From the NCBI GenBank assembly GCA_964016885.1, contig OZ024743.1, positions 362,576,001 through 362,640,000 on the forward strand: a stretch of 64,000 bases of DNA, written 5' to 3'. Made by a program: the position numbers and the translations under genes. Origin of the DNA: Eledone cirrhosa. Taxonomy: Eukaryota. Below the pieces are notes generated by a model, which was not told the origin of the DNA, did no database searches, and saw only the letters and a program-made list of their open reading frames with translations. Shown here in pieces: positions 29,471-42,633 of this stretch. Each line of letters begins with the position of its first letter. The first letter of the stretch is position 1.

Positions 29471-29645
29471 TCGGTATCGACGACGAGTGTTCTAGTTGTT
29501 CGATCAATGGAACTGCCTGCTCATGAAATTAATGTGTAAATGACGGAGCAGTACACAAACGCATGAACATTTAATGTAATTCTTAGAGAGACTGAGTGTG
29601 ACACAGTATGTCACAAAACCGAGCCTTTGAATGAAAGGCACAGTC
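29471..29645 (-). mobile_element. S2 SINE 3' half
   Basis: Reverse complement of 26700-26870. Confidence 0.65.
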
Positions 29646-30024
29646 CATAGGTCGGTCTTAAAAAGTTTCCACATTTCCAATTTCACTGGTTAAATTTGAG
29701 GTTATTGTAAACGACACTTTCCCAAAAGACCACGGAGCGGGCTCGAAGCTGAGATATAATAACAATTCGGCCATGCTGCGTCCATGGTCGTAAACATACA
29801 CAAAAACATGGACACGCGTGTAGATGTCTGTCTGTGCATATAAAGATAAACATATACGGTGCCTTAACACTGAATTGAGTCGTAAACACATTTAAAAGAG
29901 AAATTCACGTTGGGACGACTACATTTCAAATTTCCCAAAGTTTCTTAAGTTAATCATATATGTGTGTGTGTGTATGCGTGCGCGCAAAATAGGTGTGTAT
30001 ATGAAAGAATATACAATACGTTTA

Positions 30025-30952
30025 TCTATATATATAAAACTGTGGTTGTCTGTCTGTCTATCGATTTTTGGCACACATCTCCTCTTAGAATCTCTCACGG
30101 AATTGCACTGAAATTGCTATACTTGTACATTGAGCCCTAGCGAAGACATCGGAAAAAAAAAAATTTCAAATTGACCCACCCTATGTGACGAAATCGAATA
30201 TAATGTATCGATTTTTGAGCGTAAGTTATCAGTTATTTCCCTTTGTTCTGTTTACATTGAGCGTCTTACGTAAAAAATTACGCTGGCTTTCTCAGCGTTT
30301 ACGAACAGTTGTCGAGCCAGCAAAATATTGACCTGCAAAATTCATCAGCTCGAACACTAAGCTTCCGTTTTGCTTCATTTCCATTTAAAAGCATTTTAAA
30401 ACAATATTTTTACTTGAAAACAAGTCTATTTAAAGACTACGTAAAACAAGCAAATATTTCGTCGTTAGGCGTGCAGACAGACAGTCGTGCAGACAGACAG
30501 TCGTGCAGAGAGGTGATATACGCGTGCAGACAGATAGTCGTGCAGAGAGGTGATATAGGCGTGCAGACAGACAGTCGTGCAGAGAGGTGATATAGGCGTG
30601 CAGACAGACAGTCGTGCAGAGAGGTGATATAGGCGTGCAGACAGACATAACTGATAATTTGGTTACGCTAATGTTTTTATCTGCGTTGCAGTGTTTACAT
30701 TTTCGATCTTTGTTAATAAATAACCAGTGCAGTTTTTATCCCCAGCATCCTCTTTTGTTATAACATTCGGGTTATCGTTATGTTTTCTTAACTTCATAAG
30801 GCATATTGTTGGTTGAGGGAATATTAATCAAAAACACCACATGCAAGTCTGCACAGTAGACACTACAGTTTTTAAGCCCAAAAAGAAACTTAACAGTGTA
30901 ACTTTAACACAGCTACTGAGCGACCCCGAGCAACGCCGGGCTTTACTGCTAG
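30025..30952 (+). mobile_element. Non-autonomous Helitron
   Basis: A|TCTATATATATAAAA 5' end; CCCGAGCAACGCCGGG hairpin followed by CTAG|T 3' end; inserted in an AT dinucleotide. Confidence 0.85.
30468..30647 (+). repeat. About 37-bp minisatellite inside the Helitron
   Basis: GGCGTGCAGACAGACAGTCGTGCAGAGAGGTGATATA repeated about 4-5 times. Confidence 0.95.
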
Positions 30953-31503
30953 TATACAATAAATCTACGAGTGTCTCGCTATGAATTGTTTTAAAGATGT
31001 AATCACGTCACGGATATCTCAGTAGCAGTGAGAATGATAGCTGGCTTTTTGCGTACGAAACGTTAGCTAGAGATATTCATTTGCATATAGCGCGAATTTG
31101 ACTGGTTAAAGGGAGGTAATTAGAAGTAGCACTAACAGAGCTTGGTTCATTATACTTGTGTACACGAAAGCCTACATGAAATAATAAATATGCGAGAGTT
31201 TCGCAATGAATGCTAAATCTGTGATCCTGTCACAGTTATCTCAGTTGTAGTGAGAATACCAGGTAGTTATTTCTGGATTTTTATCCGTCATCAGTGACAT
31301 TTACTCCCTCGTTACCGAGATAGAATACACTAAAGTCTATGTGGTATTTTAGTAGAAAATATCGGCTTGAGAGGCTCATTTGTATAAAGAGCGAAAATGA
31401 TAGGTGAAAGGGGAGATAGCTGTGACATGATCACAACTTTTTAAAAATATAGTGAGACTCTCGTATGTTTATTATACATAATCATTTCGTATATACTTTC
31501 ATA

Positions 31504-31706
31504 TACATGTCAAACTGAGGGTTCCTCGAGGGCCACATGGGTCACTTATGTGTTGTCTGAGGACCACACATGACAACTAATTGCGCACATTACAACTAAT
31601 ATTTTTTATCTTATATTACGCTTGCGCTGTAAAAACCTTTGAGCGAGCCACAGGTGTGCTTGTAAAGAGCCGAATGCGGCCTGCGAGCCTGATGGATTCC
31701 ACCAGG
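31504..31706. mobile_element. hAT/Charlie-like MITE remnant
   Basis: TGTCAAACT..GAGGGCCACA and GAGCCGAATGCGGCCTGCGAGCC subterminal motifs resemble Charlie-type MITEs. Confidence 0.4.
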
Positions 31707-33012
31707 TTTATAGAAGGTGTCTGTGATTTGAGGGAAATTTAGGTGCTATTTCTAGCTAATTCACATAGAAGATATCTTGTTGGTTAAAAGGCAAGTTTAT
31801 ACTACTGTATGTCAATAGAGAAATCAGAAATAATACAGCGACGGTTTAAATGCCTTACAATATTTAAATGTCGCTGTTTCAGTTCTGAGTTCGAGATATT
31901 CAGAAAACTCATATTCATAATCAAAAGAAATCAACGTTTATTTTCTTCACACTACGTCCTTCTATGTCTTATGTTGAAATATCCTTTTTCCTCTTTCTGG
32001 ATTTCCACGAAATGTGTACCAGTCATACACTTGGGGTGAGCTAGTACTGAGAGCAAATAATAATAATAATGGCACAGATGTGAATTTAATTCCTAAACAA
32101 AATAACTATAATCAGAACATGATTGCCGCCAATACAAGGCAAGCACTTGCCACTGAGCGATTATATAGATTAGTCCTTTGGGTAGTATGAGAAACATTTG
32201 ACTATATTATTTCTAACTGTTCAATATTATTCTTTATTACAGTTGAAAACAATAAAGGTAAAAATAAAGTTGTGTAATAGAAATAAATAAAAAGAAAAAA
32301 AAACGAGAGAGACATTGCAAATAGATTTCTGAATATGATATAAAGTTTCAAATGAAACCAACAGCTAATCAAAAATAATATGTTCTTGGTAATATAGTCG
32401 TACACCATTTTTTTTCTTTTATTATTGTTTTTTCTTTCTTTTTCTTGCGTGAAATATTGTTTTCATATATGGACACAATTAAAGCTAAGTGGATAGGATA
32501 CATGAACATCATCCAAAGCAGACGACAGTTTCTATCTCTCGACATCAGCGCTGTACGGTGTTTCCGACACAGACACTTACTCATTGGCGGTCGTTTCAAT
32601 CTACGTCAAAGTCTACATGACACGTAGTATAGTGAACTGCTGTATGGGCACTGTGTATTTGGCAAGGGATCGGTTAGCTTGCAATACTCAGTGCCATTCA
32701 TCCTCCGGCAAAACTGCTTCGATTCACAAGCGGTCTTTCCAGTAGACGGATTTAAATTTCATTCATTTAAAGGTACGAAAACCCAACATTACCTGGCATA
32801 CTAAAAATTCTATACCCAACCAAAAGGGGAATGGCACCTATATTTCTATTCACTGTTATTTACCTGTCTACGGTAGAACCAATAACACTGGTAAAAAACC
32901 CTGTAGCACGCATGAAAGAAGTTTTTGTGTTTTTGTGTAAGAGTAGCGTCATATTAGATTTTGATGAGTATTAAAAAAATGTCAGATATATTATAACCAA
33001 TTTTACTAAACT

Positions 33013-33068
<56 letters not shown>

Positions 33069-33075
33069 TGTGTAT

Positions 33076-33179
<104 letters not shown>

Positions 33180-34139
33180 AACTTGCAAAAGGCATCCCAC
33201 GCTGTATGGCAAAGTGTTGGCGGCATCCATCAGCCTGTCGTCAGATTAAACACTGTTTACTTAATTAGTAAAATGGAAAGAGGAAACAGGAGTACCGACA
33301 AGATGGTTTAGATAAAGCAACTAAATAAAAAGAAGAAAGTCTCATTGCTATAAAAAAAAAAATGAAATAAAATGACTAAAAACAAGAGCAAATAAAAATT
33401 CAAAGAGGAAATACACAATGTCTGGAATATTTCTTTTAACAAACATTTTGATTCCGCTGTTTTTTGCTTGCGTTGCTAATACTAATAGTAAAGGCATGAA
33501 CGCCACGATTTCTTATTTCACATTTATTTTTAGAATATCCGTAATGGCATCAAAAGAATGCCATCCAGTAATTTGCTAAAGGCTCATTCATGAGTGTTGT
33601 CTCTTTACTTCTTTTACCACTTATCTCTGCAATTTAGAGATAACTATCTGCATGCCACCTTATCCCTAATCCTACCTGCCAAAATCGTTTATCCTTCCCT
33701 CGTCATCATTCCACATTACCAAACCAAGAACTCGCATTATTCCTACATATCCACTCCTTCCTACCCAGAAAGTCCACCCTTTAGAATTCTTTTCCTGCAA
33801 TCATTGACTGGCAGATTCTCAAGTTGAACACCAACCGCATCAATCTGACTAGTCTTGAGTGGTGGATGGTCTGCAAAGGTCATGGACTCGCTACTTTTCT
33901 GATTTCTAAAAGTATTAAAACAAAGATAACAATTGTTTCTACATTTGGCATATGGTCAGTTGAAGGGAAGTGGAAAGCCGATTAAATCGACCCCAGACGA
34001 TAGTAATTTTCACAACTTCAATACTTTTAAATGAATGAAATATGTGAATAGTTGTCAGTGACAGGGGGGTTTGTGTTTCTGAAAAATAAGATGCACTAGC
34101 CCTATCGTATGTTTGAATAGGCTGTGATTTCTCCCTGGT

Positions 34140-34232
<93 letters not shown>

Positions 34233-35431
34233 GATGTATCACTGTGCGCGTGCGTGTTCATATGTGCGAGAGAGAGAAAAAAAGAGGGAGAGTTGGAGTG
34301 AGAGAAATATCGAAGGTCATACTAAGGAAGAATGTAAATTCGGGCGCATATATTTGAAGATGATAAAAGAACAACCTTCGAGTTTGTATACCTTGTTGGG
34401 TTGATGTGTCCGGACATCATTTCTGCACATGCTGTTTGTGCGCGCGGTTGATGCAACGAATGGGATGAACTTGAAGCAGAAAGTGTTGGAATATGTTTTG
34501 TTGAGTGCATGTAGAAAGGAATAGCGTTGTCGAATTTGGTTGTGTGGGAAATGTGAAAGGATATATCAGGAAAGATTGTTTCACTTCCTCGTTTAACTGT
34601 CACGGATAGCATATTTGCTTCCCAGGTTAGTCAACAAAGAATAGACAAAGAACCAGTCAACTATAAAGTATAGGAGAGTTTGAGTAGCAGAAGATGTATG
34701 GTATAATGCTATGGGATGTCTTGCATTGATTAGCTAATGATGATTCCATAAAAGCAAAGACTGTGACGACAGAATAAAGATTGTATGATACGGTAAAAAA
34801 TAGGTCAAGTTTGTAGGGTATTTAGACTCAAAAGTTCTATGTTGATGTTGGGGTTAATGTTTTTATTTGTTTCAAGCTCATAATGAGGCACAGATAATGT
34901 ATAAATATCTTCAATTGACAATTGAATTCACATTGCAGATTTTATCTCTTGCTCTATGGAGATCATTTACCCACTATATAGAATAATATCTTATCCAATC
35001 GAACCAATCGTGTACATGACCGAATTTTTTATGACCGAATTATTTACTAGAAATATCAATTAAATATCTCTCAAATTACATCCTATCATCTTAAAAAAGG
35101 ACAGACATTGGAAAATATAGTCCTAGATATGCGATGATCGAAGCAAGATCGAAGGTAATAACGCCGTTGATTAACCGTCTGATTAAGGTCTAATTAATGG
35201 GGGCTGGGCATATTTTATTCAATAGACTTGTAGCTTTAAATTAATAAGAATGGGTTATAGGAACTTGTGATATTTATACAAACAGAGGAATACTGAAAAG
35301 GTTACAGCGATGTGGCGAAGACCTTGATATTGAAAAGTTTGATATCAAAAGGATTAAATACTAAGATTACATACAATGAAAAAAAAATTGGAATTGTGGG
35401 ATGGTTTGAGGTGGGATAAGGGCTAAAAAGG

Positions 35432-35507
<76 letters not shown>

Positions 35508-35575
35508 CAGCAGAGTAACAGTAGATATTGCTGTTGCTGTTGTTGCTGTTGGTGGTGTCATAATTGCTATTATGA

Positions 35576-35622
<47 letters not shown>

Positions 35623-36066
35623 ATATTATATGATGTTGGTTTTGATGATTGTGGATGTGAATGAAAATGTGTTGGTTGTATTGTTGCTGATATGTCTGTT
35701 ATTAGTAGTAGTGGTGGTTATGTTGGTGGTGATCGTAACAGTAGAAGTAATGTTGGAGGTTGTGGTGGATTTAACTTTGGGTGTGATTGGGTGGGGCAAT
35801 GAAAACAGCCTTGGAGTTGAAGATGTGAAATGTTGGTAATAGAAGTAGTGCTGATGTTAGCAGTAGTGGTGCTGGGAGTGACGGCTTCTCTAGACGACCA
35901 CATAAATCTTGGCGAAATTTAAAATTCGATATATCAGCGCAATTAATAAGGTGGTCTCAGCTGCACAACCACTGCATCCCACAACTGTATGCTGCAAATA
36001 CTAAAAATAAAAAAACCCAAGGATGCAGAAACGATAAGAAATGTAGTGAGACAGACAGAAAAAGCG

Positions 36067-36125
<59 letters not shown>

Positions 36126-36363
36126 AATTCAGACGAAGTTGCAATGCGAGACAAAATGCAAGACTTGCGTTTCAGACATTGCTGATGTCTGCTGTTTTGT
36201 TCTGACCTGGTTTCATTTAAAATGAAAATCAGGGCAACATTATATTAAAGAATCTGTATTATAATTTAATGTTGAGCCGTTTATATGTTTTAACGATCCG
36301 TGGGAAGGGAGCGGGGTGGCGGTGTATCACCTTTCGGGAATTAAAGAAAAATGATAAAATAAT

Positions 36364-36546
36364 TGTTTCTACTTTTGGCACAAGGCCAACAATCATCTCA
36401 GTACATTACTGGTACTTTATTTTATCGACCCCGTAAGGATGAAAGGCAAAGTCAACCTCGGCGGGATTTGAACTCAGATCGTAAAGGTCCGTAACTCCAT
36501 GCTGCAAACCATGGCGTCCGACCCTCTAACGATACTGCCAATCCAC
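36364..36546 (-). mobile_element. Near full-length S1 SINE
   Basis: Reverse complement of the S1 consensus; followed on its own strand by ATTATTTT. Confidence 0.9.
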
Positions 36547-36739
36547 AATGGTTCCTTTTCACTGTTATCGATGACTACAGGTTTGTACAACAGCTCAGTC
36601 AGCAAGCTGTTTTTTTTCAATTCATTTAGAGGAAAACTAATAAGCATTCCCCCAAGAATTAATCTGACGCAGCAGTAAATTGTTGCAGATTAACATGTTC
36701 GTTTATTTAAGCAAATATGCATATTACTATGAGTGCAAG

Positions 36740-37075
36740 AGTGAATGGGATGGAAAGCTAGACGATTGTGTTAAGGAGCTGAATGTTGATGACTGCAGTG
36801 AAATTATAGACAAAGAAAAATTCCAAACGTCTGATATTCTGAGCAGGAAAGAATGGTCGAATTATGGAACCTGAGAGAAGGATAATATATGATAGCGAAG
36901 AGAGGAAAGGCGAGTGAATGTGAAGGGCCAGAATGCACGTGGGCATGAAAACAGCGATGGGCGAGGAGTAGATGCCACTGTAGAAACGGCAGAGAAAAGG
37001 CGATTGAAGAAACTGCCAGTCTGCGGAGTAGAGGCTGTAGTGTGTTGCTGAGTGAGTAGTACCGTGTCAAGCAAT
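36740..37075 (-). mobile_element. Old CR1-group (Zenon-like) LINE 3' remnant
   Basis: Frameshifted LQPLLRRLAVSS..CRFYSG..SFLLRISDVWN resembles the CR1-group C-terminus. Confidence 0.5.
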
Positions 37076-37145
37076 AAGGTGATGCTGTTTTTATCTTCTT
37101 TTATTTGAACTAGAATGTCTGTGTGTGGAGCAACAACAATGCGAA

Positions 37146-37358
37146 GGTGCGTGGCCTAGAAGCTGGAGATTTTGGCTACGATCATTAGGTTATGAGTTCG
37201 AGTCACGGTAGCGCGCTGTGTTCTTGCACAAGGCACATTACATCACGTTTCTCCAGTTCAGTAAGGTAACAAAATTGTTGTACATATAATTCAAAGGGCT
37301 AGGCTTGTCACGCACTTCGTAACGCTGAATTTCCCTGATAATTATGCTGAGGGCGTAC
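37146..37358 (+). mobile_element. S2 SINE, diverged
   Basis: tRNA-like head with B box GAGTTCGAGTC, then TGTGTTCTTGCACAAGGCAC CORE-like segment. Confidence 0.65.
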
Positions 37359-37600
37359 CTCTCTTATTTACATACCGGAGGAGCTGGACACTCCGAAACA
37401 ATTACCAATTATCAATTGTCGATTGTTTTCTCTCAGCTGCCGCTGTTTACTTGTAAACAAGCCGAATATTAATAATTGTTTCTACTTTTTGGCCTTGTGC
37501 CTAAAGTAGAAACAATTATAATATTGTTATTATTCCCTCACGAAAACACACACAGATATCTAGCCGTCGGAATCTCTTCATATATACACACACACGCACA

Positions 37601-37751
<151 letters not shown>

Positions 37752-37865
37752 GTTTGTGTTGGACAGGTCAGAGGGAGAGAGAGAAAAATGAAGTGCGTCC
37801 ACTCGGCCTCAAGTCGTCGCAAGAAAGGAAGAACAATGGCACTGTAAACAGAAGTGGCCTGTAGA

Positions 37866-37940
<75 letters not shown>

Positions 37941-37999
37941 TGAGAGAGAAGGGAAGAAAAAACAAAAGAACGGGGAGCTTCTTTTCTCTGTTTCTCTCC

Positions 38000-39482
38000 C
38001 TTGATCTCATGACAGTCCTAAATCCTTTTTTTAATTCCCACTTTAAATCCTAGTATCGCTTCATTTACTCCTCCTTTTCTTGTGTCGTAGGGGCAGGCAA
38101 CATCTACAATCAGGCACAATCATTTTTCCTTGTCAAAAACCACCAGGTCAGGCCTATTGTTTTCTAATTTCTTGTCTGGTTTCAGGATACAATCCTGAAA
38201 TCACATAGCACCTTCACTTGATCGTTTTCTATCACCGACTCTGGCTTATGCTCATTCTACTTCTCAGAATGTGGTAAATTATTTAGTTTTCATAAACGCC
38301 AGTGAATCACCTTTCCTATCATATCATGTCTCCAGCCTTTATAATGAGTCTGGGCTAGGTGTTTACACTCGGATACAATGTGAGCCAGTTTCCTCCCTCT
38401 CTTCACAGATCCGACACAGTGAGCTAGCCGTCCACTTGTCAATTTGGTGGTTCACCCACTTCGTTCTGTGGCTTGCTCTTGTGCAGCCAGTAGTATTCCC
38501 TCTGTACTTTTTTAAGGTCTCTCTTTATAACCAACTCCATATCTGTGCATCTCTGAATTCCATTTTCTTAAATAAGGTACTGTGAAGGGATTTTACATGA
38601 AGGTTGCTCTTCCTCCTTGTTGTTATTTCTTCCTTGGACATCCCCTGGTCTATTGTCTTCTCCTTCAGTACAATTTTGAGCATTGGCTCCCTACTGTCAG
38701 TCACGTATTTGTGTAGGTTGTTTTTTTCCATCTGAACACAGTCTTCTATGCTGATAAGACCTCTTCCAACTTCAGATCTCTTTAAGTAGAGTTTATCAAC
38801 ATCACTCCTCTTGTGGAACATGTTGTAGATAGTCAATAGCTTCCTAGTCTTCCTATCCATTTCTTTTTGTTCAGCAACATTCCATCTCAGAATTCCCGCA
38901 CTGTACCTAATAATAGACACAGCTCGGGAATTCACTGCACTTATGGCATTCCTACTACCTAGATGTGATTTTAATACGCTCCTTACTCTCCTAACGTACT
39001 CAGATCTTATCAATTCCTTCATTTCTTTGTTCTTGATGTCATCTGCCTCCAGAACACCCACATATTTGTATCCTTCTTCAGTGTCAATTTCCTTTATCAT
39101 CTCACCTTTGGTATCTGGATTCCGTTGCTTCTGCTCAATTTACCCCTCTTCATCACCAGGACTCCACACTTATTAATACCAAATTGCATACATATATCAT
39201 TGCTGAAAATACGGACAGTGTCAACAAGCACATCCAACTCCTTCTCACTCTTCCCAAAGAGTTTAAGATCGTCCATGAAGAGGAGGTGGTTGATGGTAAG
39301 CTCTCCTTTTCCCAACTTGTATCCTGCTCCCACTTTTCGCAATATAATGGTCAGGGGTATCATGGCAATGACAAACAGCAGAGGGGACAAACTATCTCCC
39401 TGGAAGATACCTCTCTTGATCTTCACGCCTCCCAAGGATTCTCCGCCCGATGTTAACTCTGTTTCCAGGACTTCATACTTAT
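38000..39482 (-). mobile_element. R4/Dong-clade non-LTR retrotransposon, truncated at both ends
   Basis: RT motifs GIFQGDSLSPLLF, HLLFMDDLKLF, YKYVGVLE; downstream degenerate CCHC and RPD restriction-like endonuclease; 5' end abuts (TAA)n. Confidence 0.88.
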
Positions 39483-39496
39483 GTATTATTATTATT

Positions 39497-39657
39497 AGAG
39501 GGTCGGACGCCATGCTTTCCAGCATAGTTATGTCCCTTTACGATCTGAGTTCAAATCCCGCCGAGGTTAACTTTGCCTTTCATCCTTACGGGGTCGATAA
39601 AATAAAGTACCAGTAATGCACTGGATAATTGCTGGCCTTGTGCCTAAAGTAGAAACA
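39497..39657 (+). mobile_element. S1 SINE between (ATT)n tracts
   Basis: S1 body with ATT repeats on both sides. Confidence 0.95.
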
Positions 39658-39669
39658 ATTATTATTATT

Positions 39670-42633
39670 GGCGACACCTACGTAGTAAATCGTATCATCG
39701 TAAGCTCCGCAAAGGTTTGTTATTTTTCAGTTGTTTAAAATTGCCATTTATGGAAATTTTTTATTGTTAACTGTATATAAGTGCACATACATTGTTATCT
39801 GAAAAGGACACCCAAAAAGATTGGGACCTTGAGCCCAAAATTTAAACTTTTATAATTATCAAACAAAAATTTTGCTTTGTAAAATCATGGACGACTCAGA
39901 GTCACACCTTCCTGACAAACTAACACCTCACACCGACACCACCATTGTAAATATTACTACGTTTGCCAACACTAAAAATATAAGCAATATTTTAAATTTG
40001 TCTCAGGCAGACATTCATTTCCCGCCATTACCAATGACTGCAGGTGTTAAAGCTGCCACCCCCACCACCACCACAGCGACAACAGAAACAAAAGAAAAAA
40101 TAAATTAACTCGTGATATCGAAATGAATTCAACCAAAATGAACTCTTCCACACCGAACACCACTGACGCCACCACCACCACAACTGAAACTAATATTTAC
40201 AATAACAAAAATAACGATAACAACAACAGCAACAATGAAATTAAGAAAACTACCCTGGCTTTTGCGAGAGTAGCAAAATAGTGCGAAGCATTCCAGGTAA
40301 CTCAGGAGGAATTAGAAGAAGCCAAAAAAATGGTAAAGAAAGATGGGTACAGGATCAGCCTCACCCCCCCCCCCCCTCATAATAAAATGGAGCATCGGCG
40401 CCTATGCACCGTGTCTTATCGGACGATTAACATAAAATCGCGCCGAGTGGAACGGGCATCCGAGTCCCAAATCAAAAAAGCTTTGGGACATGTGTGGGCA
40501 AAAAACCCCACATCAGACGTGGGCAGAAATATGGAACCGTGGACATGTTCTTTGAAACACGACAGGAGGCCAGAGAACACTCCATGACCCCATTAAGAAG
40601 TGACAACTTCACACTCGTCCCAAGCTATTGTGGCCAGAGACTTGTGAAGATCAGGGTGACCCACGTTCCACCGGCTATCGAAATTCCCTTGTTAATGGCT
40701 GCCGTCCTCGCCGGCATCGAAGCCAACACCAAGATAATCGAAATAGCGAACGAAAAGCAGGAGAAAAGGTTGAGGCCACCTCTCTTACCCACCCCAGTGA
40801 CTCAACCATCAACACCACCAGCAGCAGAAATGGCAGCAACATCTGTAGCAGCAACAACAGAAGCAACTGTAGCAGCAACAACCCCAGCAACAGTAGGAAA
40901 ACCAACACCACCACCACCCAACGCGCCAGAACTAGCACCAGCGCCTAAACCATCCACCACGCTACAACCAAAACCAACGCCTGTGGAGGATTTTCCACTC
41001 TCCGACCTATCACAACTGGAGACAGATTGTGACGACGAGGAGTGGGAAACGGTATCAGGAAAAAAGAAAAAAAGAAAAAGAAACTAAAAAAGAAAAAATC
41101 CTCTTCCTTCCTCCTCCAAAAACAAAATACAGACGGAAACAAATAAATTATCAAACAAAAAAGTTAGGACAGATATGCCACCATCCACACGAGCATCACC
41201 AACCCCATCACCACAAAGACCAACACCATCACCATCATTAACCCCAACACCAACATCACCAACACCACAAAAGTCACCAAAAAGCGTAACAGAAACAAAC
41301 CCACAACAAACGCAAACAAAACAAAACAACCAAAACGATACACACTACACAGCATTAAATTTGAACAACAACCAATTATTACACTACATGCAACACAACA
41401 CCAGCATCACAGAAAAAGACTACACAACAACCCAAAAGTTCACACCACCTCCACACATACAAATCACTCGCATCACACAGAAAACGTACACGACACTAAA
41501 ACAAAAATTCCCCAAAGACATCGGAGACTTCTGACAAACACTCTCCAGGAGGGGACATCCTTCCTGAGGAGGCCACAAGCAGTGAAAAGGATGGAAAAAC
41601 CGTCCTTCCCCTACGAGAAGTAAGGTAAGTGGTCTTTCCCATCTTTTCCACTCCTTTTCAACATGACCTCACTCAGAATAGGCAGCATAAATGCGCGTGG
41701 CTTGGGGTCGTCATGGAAGCAGGGCCACCTGCTCAACGACCTCAGGTCACTAAACATAGATGTAGTGGCCATCAGCGAGACCAGAATCTCCGAAGCACGG
41801 GCCTTCGCACCGATCTTCGGCGGCTACGATGTGTACGCATCTCCCAGCCGTCCGGGGTCGGGGGGAGAAGTTGCTGTGCTTTTTCGGAGAGGTTTGGATC
41901 TTGCCATACGGGCCATCTTCCTGGACCCAGAAGGTAAGTTGGTGGTGCTGGACGTGACCAGCGGAGACGGGCAAGCTTTCAGGTTAGTGGCCGTCTATGC
42001 CCCGACAGGAGCAGGGCGGCCTGATTTCTTCCGGCGTCTGGAGACCTTTCTTAGAACGTCCCGCTCTTTAGTGTTACTGGGCGACTGGAACGGGATCTTA
42101 GATGCACGCTGGGATTGTGTGGGATTAGTGGTTAGGGAAGGAGGGTGCAAGAGTCTCACCAACCTGCTCAGGCGTTTTGAACTGTCTGACAGGTACCGAA
42201 TGGATTTCCCGAATGTACCAATGTGGACATGGACAAATCGCATAGGGTCATCCAGATCATATCTAGATAGAGTATTTTGTAGGGAAATTGATAGGTCTAG
42301 CATAGGCTGTCCACAATTCAAGATAGTCAGCTACACGGACCACAAATTCGTGATCTGTGTGCTTGACTTAGATAGGCTTCATAGACGAGGACCCGGCTAC
42401 TGGAAGCTAAACGCGTCCTTACCAGCGCGCAAGGCCTACAGAGACCGGATTAGCGAACTAGTTAAGCGGGCGTTGACGGGGGCCATCGTCAACAACAAGT
42501 GGTGGTTTGCTCTGATAAGAGCAATTAGAATAGAGTCCATTAGGTTTAGTAAGGCTTTAGCAATAGAGAAAAATAGAGCAGAGGGAGAATTAGTTAAAAA
42601 ATTAGACGATGTGCTTAGCAAAGGCATCGCGAG
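39670..42633 (+). mobile_element. Tx1-clade LINE family A, copy 1 (5' UTR, disrupted ORF1, endonuclease part of ORF2)
   Basis: Starts GGCG right after (ATT)n; ORF2 from 41663 has APE motifs SINARGL, AISET, GDWN, SYLDR, TDH; breaks off at 42633. Confidence 0.9.

Noticed and set aside
30468-30647. 37-bp repeats as a CRISPR array
   Set aside because: Head-to-tail units without unique spacers, no cas genes, eukaryotic context
32440-32950. Possible host exon
   Set aside because: Stops in the frames examined and no recognisable domain or splice structure
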